Below the pieces are notes generated by a model that was not told the DNA's origin, searched no databases, and saw only the letters and a list, made by a program, of their open reading frames with translations. Shown here in pieces: positions 26,829 to 32,000 of a stretch of 32,000 bases of DNA. Position 1 is the first letter of the stretch; each line of letters opens with the position of its first letter. Position numbers and translations under genes: made by a program. This DNA is from Mycolicibacterium smegmatis (GTDB lineage: Bacteria; Actinomycetota; Actinomycetes; Mycobacteriales; Mycobacteriaceae). Where the stretch lies: the NCBI RefSeq assembly GCF_001457595.1, contig NZ_LN831039.1, forward strand, positions 3,300,001 to 3,332,000. Direction: 5' to 3'.

Positions 26829-28991
26829 TCACCACCAACCGGTTGCGGCCGCCATCTGGCGCCCCAGCTCATTGGTCATGGTGCGCATGTAGGTTGCGGA
26901 AAGATGGTGAGAGTCGTGGTACAGCAGGACGTTTCCCTCCACCACGCGACAGTGGTCCTCACGGCACACCGCATCGCTCATGTCGAGCGGCTTCATCAAC
27001 GGGAACCGGTCGAGATAGTCCAGTGTCGGGTTGCGGTCGGAGAGCACCTTCGACCGCTTGACCCCGCAGGAGACCGCGTCGCCGCCGTCGGCGAGGCAGT
27101 CCGCCGGGAAGTACGGCTTGCCGTTGCGGGTCAGCCACGGTGTGTCGCGCATCGCCAGAACCGGGATGTTGTTCTCGTTGAACGTCTCCCAGATGCCGAG
27201 GTACGTACTGGGCATCACATCGCCCGGTTTGATGTTCCACGGCCGCGTCGAGGTGGTGAACACGTAGTCGGGGTGATCGGCGATCAACTTCGCCATCACC
27301 CGCTGATTCCACTCGTGGCACTTGGGGTAGGGCCGGTTGTCGCCGCTGACCAGCGGCACCTCTTCGGTGGTCAGCGGGCAGCCCATCTTCAGATACGTGA
27401 CGACCTTGAAACCGTGCTTCTGACCGAGCAGATCGAGCGCGGTGATCCAGTGCTCCGCGTGGGACCCGCCGGCCAGCGCGATGGTGCGGGTGGCGTTCTT
27501 GTCGCCGTAGGTGCAGTTGATCACCCCGACGTTGGCGAAGTCGCTGATGCAACCCTCGGTGGTCGAGATCGGCAGATCGTTCTTGGCCTCCAGCACCGTC
27601 GGCCGCATGGGCAGCTTGGGCACCCGTGCGTGTTCGATCAGGGCACGTGCACCCGGGTAGTCACGCGCCGACAGCCCCGACAGTTCCTTGCCGCTCGCGC
27701 GCTGCACGGTGACGTGCTCCCGCCACGTGAACGATGTCGCGGTGAGCGCGACTCCGAGCAGCGCCACGATCGATCCCAGCACGATCGTGGGCCGGCGCAG
27801 GCGTGCCCGCAGTGGTACCGCGGGCACGGGCGCGCGGCCCGGTTGTGTGCGCAGCGGTTCCTCGATGTAGCGCGTCGTCAGCCACGCGAGCACACCGGAG
27901 ACCAGCAGGATCACGGCGCCTTCGACGAAGTTGGCCGCCGTGTGCCCGGAGTACGACAGCCAGAAGATCAGCAGCGGCCAGTGCCACAGGTACAACGAGT
28001 AGGCCATCGAACCCAGCGATACGAACGGCGCCGTCGCCAGCAGGCGGTTGGGCGTGGGCAGGCGGCCCGCAGTGCGCGGGTCGCTCATCCGGTTCGCGGC
28101 CGAGAAGATGAACAGGATCGTCGCGCCCACCGGCACCAGGGCCCACGGTCCGGGGAACTCCTTGACGCCGTCGATGAACCAGCCGCACGACAGGATCGCC
28201 GCCAGCGAGACGACCGACACCACGGTGCGCAGCCACATGGGCCAGCGCACGAATCCCACGAGCGCCCCGGCGAGCGCGCCGAGCAGCAGTTCCCAGGCGC
28301 GCGCGAAGCTGTTGTAGTAGGCGGTGGCCTGATCGGTGTTGTGGGCGATGATCGCGTACACGAACGACGCGATGGTCAGCGCCGCGAGCAGGACGATGAA
28401 GAAGGTCCGAAGGTGACGGCCGAACAGGCGCCGGAACAGATAGGCGAACCCGAAGATCAGCACCAGGAACGCGATGTAGAACTGGCCCTGCACCGACATC
28501 GACCAGATGTGCTGCAGCGGGCTGACCGTCTCACCGGCACGAAGGTAGTCCGCCGCGGTGTTCGCCAATTCCCAGTTCTGGTAGTAGCCCAGGCTCGCCA
28601 GACTCTGGTCAGCAAATGCCTCCCAGCGTGTTTCCGGCTGGATGAGGATGGTCAGAACCGCCGCGGCGGCCAGCACGACGACGAGCGCGGGCAGTAGCCG
28701 GCGCACCAGTCGTACGACCTCCGACAACGGCCGCAGCGGCGTGGACTGGTCGAGTGCGGTGCGCAGGATCTTGCCGCCGAAGAAGAACCCGGACAACGCG
28801 AGAAACACGTCGACACCACCGGAAACACGGCCGAACCAGATATGGAAGACAGCCACCATCATGATCGCGATGCCGCGCAGGCCGTCGAGATCGTGACGGT
28901 AGAAACCGGATTTCCGGGTCCCCATTGACGGATTTGCGGCGCGCGTATCGCGACTGATCGGCGCCGGCCGCGTCGGGGAGAGGGTCATCAT
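26829..28991 (-). CDS. sucT: Membrane acyltransferase-3 family protein with a C-terminal SGNH-like domain (Rv1565c/SucT-type)
   Basis: AT3 N-terminal motif DLDGLRGIAIMMVAVFHIWFG, about 10 TM helices, and a C-terminal extracytoplasmic domain. Position upstream of glgX-treY-treZ as for Rv1565c. ATG 28991 is preferred over GTG 29030 because 28992-29030 is about 51% GC and would use rare TTA/AGA/AAA codons. Confidence 0.85.
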   Translation of the reverse strand: MMTLSPTRPAPISRDTRAANPSMGTRKSGFYRHDLDGLRGIAIMMVAVFHIWFGRVSGGVDVFLALSGFFFGGKILRTALDQSTPLRPLSEVVRLVRRLLPALVVVLAAAAVLTILIQPETRWEAFADQSLASLGYYQNWELANTAADYLRAGETVSPLQHIWSMSVQGQFYIAFLVLIFGFAYLFRRLFGRHLRTFFIVLLAALTIASFVYAIIAHNTDQATAYYNSFARAWELLLGALAGALVGFVRWPMWLRTVVSVVSLAAILSCGWFIDGVKEFPGPWALVPVGATILFIFSAANRMSDPRTAGRLPTPNRLLATAPFVSLGSMAYSLYLWHWPLLIFWLSYSGHTAANFVEGAVILLVSGVLAWLTTRYIEEPLRTQPGRAPVPAVPLRARLRRPTIVLGSIVALLGVALTATSFTWREHVTVQRASGKELSGLSARDYPGARALIEHARVPKLPMRPTVLEAKNDLPISTTEGCISDFANVGVINCTYGDKNATRTIALAGGSHAEHWITALDLLGQKHGFKVVTYLKMGCPLTTEEVPLVSGDNRPYPKCHEWNQRVMAKLIADHPDYVFTTSTRPWNIKPGDVMPSTYLGIWETFNENNIPVLAMRDTPWLTRNGKPYFPADCLADGGDAVSCGVKRSKVLSDRNPTLDYLDRFPLMKPLDMSDAVCREDHCRVVEGNVLLYHDSHHLSATYMRTMTNELGRQMAAATGWW

Positions 28992-29081
28992 GATCGAGGT
29001 CAATTTACCTAACAACCCCCGTCTGCTCACATTCGGAACGTGTTGATCACACCCACGGGCAAAGGGCTAGGCTCCCCGTCT

Positions 29082-30380
29082 GTGGCCGACCTGACCCCGG
29101 CGCAGATCAGTGCCGTCGACGCCGCACACATCTGGCATCCCTACAGCAAGATCGGTGCGGACGCGTTCCCGCCGGTCGTGGCGGTCGGCGCCAAGGGCGC
29201 CTGGCTCACCGTGATCGACCCGTCCGACGGTGCGCGCATCGACGTCCTCGACGCGATGGCGTCGTGGTGGACCGCCGTGCACGGGCACGGTCATCCGGTA
29301 CTCGACGCCGCGATCAGCAGGCAGTTGTCGACCATGAACCACGTCATGTTCGGCGGCCTGACGCACGAGCCCGCGGCGCGGTTGGCCCAGCTGCTCGTCG
29401 AGCTGACCCCCGACGGTCTGGACACGGTGTTCTTCAGCGACTCCGGGTCGGTGTCGGTGGAGGTCGCGGTGAAGATGGCGCTGCAGTACTGGCGCAGCCT
29501 GGGCCGCGGCGCCAAGCACCGGTTGATGACGTGGCGCGGCGGCTATCACGGCGACACGTTCACGCCGATGAGCGTGTGCGACCCGGACGGCGGCATGCAC
29601 TCGCTGTGGACCGATGTTCTTGCGGCGCAGGAGTTCGCGGAGGCCGTGCCGCGCGAGTACGACCCGGCCTACAGCGCGGCGTTCGAGAAGCAGCTCGCCG
29701 CCAACGCCGGCTCCCTGGCCGCGGTGATCGTCGAACCCGTCGTCCAGGGCGCGGGCGGCATGCGCTTCCACGATCCGCGGTACCTGGCGGATCTGCGCGC
29801 GATCTGCGACCGCCACGACGTGCTGCTCATCTTCGACGAGATCGCGACCGGTTTCGGCCGCACGGGAAAGCTGTTCGCCGCCGAGCACGCCGGCGTGAGC
29901 CCCGACATCATGTGTGTCGGCAAGGCGCTCACGGGCGGCTACATCACGCTGGCCGCGACGTTGTGCACCGCGCGGGTCGCGCAGACCATCAGCTCGGGCG
30001 AGCCGGGGGCGCTCATGCACGGCCCGACGTTCATGGCCAACGCCCTGGCGTGCGCGGTGGGGGTCGCGGCCGTGGAGCTGCTGATCGACAGCGACTGGCC
30101 CGCGCGGGTCGCCGCGATCGAGGAGGGATTGCGCAGCGGACTGGAGCCCGCGCGTGCCCTACCCGGCGTCGCCGACGTGCGGGTTCTCGGTGCGATCGGC
30201 GTGATCGAGATGCGCGAGCCCGTGGACATGCCGCTGGCCACGACCACGGCGCTCGCGCACGGGGTGTGGCTGCGGCCGTTCGGCAAGCTCATCTACGCCA
30301 TGCCGCCGTTCATCTGCACGCCCGAGGAGGTCGCACAGATCACCGCGGGCATGGTCGGCGTCGCGCGTGCATTAACCTGA
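29082..30380 (+). CDS. bioA: Adenosylmethionine-8-amino-7-oxononanoate aminotransferase
   Basis: PLP-lysine context [13 protein letters not shown], with strong resemblance to Mtb BioA throughout. GTG 29082 ([13 protein letters not shown]...) is preferred by comparison with the Mtb N-terminus; the alternative is GTG 29040. Confidence 0.93.
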   Translation: MADLTPAQISAVDAAHIWHPYSKIGADAFPPVVAVGAKGAWLTVIDPSDGARIDVLDAMASWWTAVHGHGHPVLDAAISRQLSTMNHVMFGGLTHEPAARLAQLLVELTPDGLDTVFFSDSGSVSVEVAVKMALQYWRSLGRGAKHRLMTWRGGYHGDTFTPMSVCDPDGGMHSLWTDVLAAQEFAEAVPREYDPAYSAAFEKQLAANAGSLAAVIVEPVVQGAGGMRFHDPRYLADLRAICDRHDVLLIFDEIATGFGRTGKLFAAEHAGVSPDIMCVGKALTGGYITLAATLCTARVAQTISSGEPGALMHGPTFMANALACAVGVAAVELLIDSDWPARVAAIEEGLRSGLEPARALPGVADVRVLGAIGVIEMREPVDMPLATTTALAHGVWLRPFGKLIYAMPPFICTPEEVAQITAGMVGVARALT

Positions 30381-30390
30381 ACGGTGTTCA
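30378..30390. promoter_or_regulatory. BioQ-type operator palindrome TGAAC-N3-GTTCA
   Basis: TGAACggtGTTCA overlaps the bioA TGA stop and lies 95 nt upstream of bioF. It matches the TetR-type BioQ site as I recall it from Corynebacterium and M. smegmatis. Confidence 0.5.
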
Positions 30391-30458
30391 ATTCGGCGGC
30401 TCGTCGCCGGTGTTCAATTCGGCGGCTCGCCGCCGTGTTCAATTGGCGGCTCGCCGCC
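30384..30458. repeat. Three tandem copies of a 24-26 bp unit in the bioA-bioF intergenic region
   Basis: Copy 1 (30384-30409): GTGTTCAATTCGGCGGCTCGTCGCCG. Copy 2 (30410-30434): GTGTTCAATTCGGCGGCTCGCCGCC. Copy 3 (30435-30458): GTGTTCAATTGGCGGCTCGCCGCC. Each unit contains a GC-only hairpin (CGGCGG-cucg-CCGCCG). Confidence 0.95.
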
Positions 30459-30484
30459 GACGACAACACCTCTAGGGAGAGCTC

Positions 30485-31633
30485 GTGACGCGCGCAGGTC
30501 TTTCACCGTTGGCCTGGCTGGCCGACATCGAACAACGTCGCCGCGCCGAGGGCCTGCGCCGTGAACTGCGGGTCCGTCCGCCCGTCGCCGCCGAACTGGA
30601 CCTGGCGTCCAACGACTATCTGGGCCTGTCGCAGCACCCCGACGTGCTCGACGGCGGCGTCGAGGCATTGCGCACCTGGGGAGGCGGCGCCGGAGGATCA
30701 CGCCTGGTCACAGGGAACACCGAGCTGCACGAGGCGTTCGAGCACCAGCTTGCGTCGTTCCTCGGCGCCGAATCGGCCCTGGTCTTTTCGTCGGGCTACA
30801 CCGCCAACCTCGGTGCGCTGGTGGCACTGTCCGGGCCGGGATCGCTGATCGTCTCCGACGCGCTGTCGCACGCGTCCCTCGTCGACGCGTGCCGGCTGTC
30901 GCGGGCCCGGGTGGTCGTCTCGCCGCACCGCGACGTCGACGCGGTCGACGCGGCGCTGGCCGCGCGCACCGAGGAGCGCGCCGTCGTCGTGACGGAGTCG
31001 GTGTTCAGCGCCGACGGTGATCTGGCCCCGCTGCGCGACCTGCACGCGGTGTGCCGCCGCCACGGCGCGCTGTTGCTCGTCGACGAGGCACACGGTCTCG
31101 GGGTGCGCGGCACGCGCGGTCAGGGCCTGCTGCACGAGGTCGGCCTGGCGGGTGCACCCGACATCGTGATGACCACGACGCTGTCGAAAGCACTGGGCAG
31201 CCAGGGCGGTGCGGTCCTGGGCCCCGAGGCCGTGCGCGCGCACCTCATCGACACCGCGCGCTCGTTCATCTTCGACACCGGCCTGGCGCCGGCCGCCGTC
31301 GGCGCCGCATCGGCCGCGCTGCGGGTGCTCGACGCCGAACCGCAGCGTGCCCGCGCGGTACTCGACCGCGCGGCCGAACTGGCCACGATCGCAGGCGTCA
31401 CCGAAGCGCCCGTCTCCGCGGTGGTGTCGGTGATCCTCGGCGATCCGGAGATCGCGGTGGGCGCCGCGGCGGCCTGCCTCGACCGCGGTGTGCGCGTGGG
31501 CTGCTTCCGCCCGCCCACGGTTCCCGCGGGCACCTCGCGGCTGCGCCTGGCCGCCAGGGCCTCGTTGACCGACGACGAGATGGCACTGGCCCATCAGGTG
31601 CTGACCGACGTGCTCGCCACCGCGCGGGCATGA
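30485..31633 (+). CDS. bioF: 8-amino-7-oxononanoate synthase
   Basis: 382 aa from GTG 30485, 5 nt after GGAGA (30475-30479). PLP-lysine motif [11 protein letters not shown]. Confidence 0.95.
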   Translation: MTRAGLSPLAWLADIEQRRRAEGLRRELRVRPPVAAELDLASNDYLGLSQHPDVLDGGVEALRTWGGGAGGSRLVTGNTELHEAFEHQLASFLGAESALVFSSGYTANLGALVALSGPGSLIVSDALSHASLVDACRLSRARVVVSPHRDVDAVDAALAARTEERAVVVTESVFSADGDLAPLRDLHAVCRRHGALLLVDEAHGLGVRGTRGQGLLHEVGLAGAPDIVMTTTLSKALGSQGGAVLGPEAVRAHLIDTARSFIFDTGLAPAAVGAASAALRVLDAEPQRARAVLDRAAELATIAGVTEAPVSAVVSVILGDPEIAVGAAAACLDRGVRVGCFRPPTVPAGTSRLRLAARASLTDDEMALAHQVLTDVLATARA

Positions 31634-32000
31634 CCGTCCTCGCGGTCACCGGCACCGACACCGGTGTCGGCAAGACAGTGACGACGGCCGCGCTGGCCTG
31701 CGCAGCGCGGTTGGCCCGCCGCGACGTCGCGGTGTGCAAGCCCGTGCAGACCGGGACCATCGACGGCGACGACGATCTGGGCGAGGTGCGCCGCCTGTCG
31801 GGGGTCACCGCGCTGCACGGCGGCTGGCGTTACCCCGAGCCCCTGGCACCGGTCGCCGCTGCGGGGCGCGCCGGTGCGCCGCTGCCCACCCGCACCGAAC
31901 TCGTCGGCTCCGTGCGCGCGGTCGACGCCGCCGGGCGTCTGACCATCGTCGAAGGCGCGGGCGGTCTGCTGGTCGCCCTCGGCGCCGACGGCGTCACGCT
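31630..32000 (+). CDS. bioD: Dethiobiotin synthetase (partial, runs off the window end)
   Basis: ATG 31630 overlaps the bioF TGA (ATGA). [23 protein letters not shown] is the BioD P-loop. The frame stays open to position 32000. It is absent from the ORF track only because there is no stop in the window. Confidence 0.9.
   Translation, partial: MTVLAVTGTDTGVGKTVTTAALACAARLARRDVAVCKPVQTGTIDGDDDLGEVRRLSGVTALHGGWRYPEPLAPVAAAGRAGAPLPTRTELVGSVRAVDAAGRLTIVEGAGGLLVALGADGVT

Noticed and set aside
29035-29050. Second BioQ operator upstream of bioA (GGAACgtgTTGATCA)
   Set aside because: Only one half resembles TGAAC, and the second half (TTGAT) does not match GTTCA. TGATCA is just a short self-complementary hexamer.
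1-32000. Search by eye for CRISPR arrays, IS elements or transposases, integrases, toxin-antitoxin pairs and known defence genes
   Set aside because: No spaced direct repeats other than the bioA-bioF triplet were seen. There are no terminal inverted repeats, and no ORF has transposase, integrase, nuclease, ATPase-defence or small TA-like features. The window is essentially core metabolism and replication.

Overview
High-GC actinobacterial chromosome. Gene content and order look like Mycolicibacterium smegmatis and match M. tuberculosis Rv1496-97 followed by Rv1536-Rv1570 (inference from memory of synteny, no search run). The window is almost entirely core housekeeping genes: meaB 3' end, a DUF4333-type lipoprotein, a lipL-like esterase, ileS behind a T-box leader, an S4-domain protein, dinB (DinB1), a secreted protein, ansA, lspA-rluD-rarD, a TetR regulator, dnaE1, a PPOX/F420-type protein divergent from a merR-SRPBCC operon, ilvA, sucT-glgX(treX)-treY-treZ, and bioA, bioF, bioD. 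I saw no rRNA, tRNA, CRISPR array, IS element or integrase. The only clearly non-syntenic segment is about 2000-3870, between lipL and ileS. It holds an HTH protein plus a 7-TM membrane protein in one operon, divergent from an orphan half of a condensation domain. That is my best candidate for an undescribed module. Other points worth follow-up: three tandem 24-26 bp repeats next to a BioQ-type palindrome between bioA and bioF; an exact RecA-independent (PafBC-type) DNA-damage promoter motif upstream of dnaE1; a textbook MerR-type 19-bp-spacer promoter with a perfect dyad; a UvrD/PcrA-tail-like motif at the DinB1 C-terminus; and many genes with leaderless-type promoters. The long antisense ORFs in the track are treated as GC-driven artefacts.
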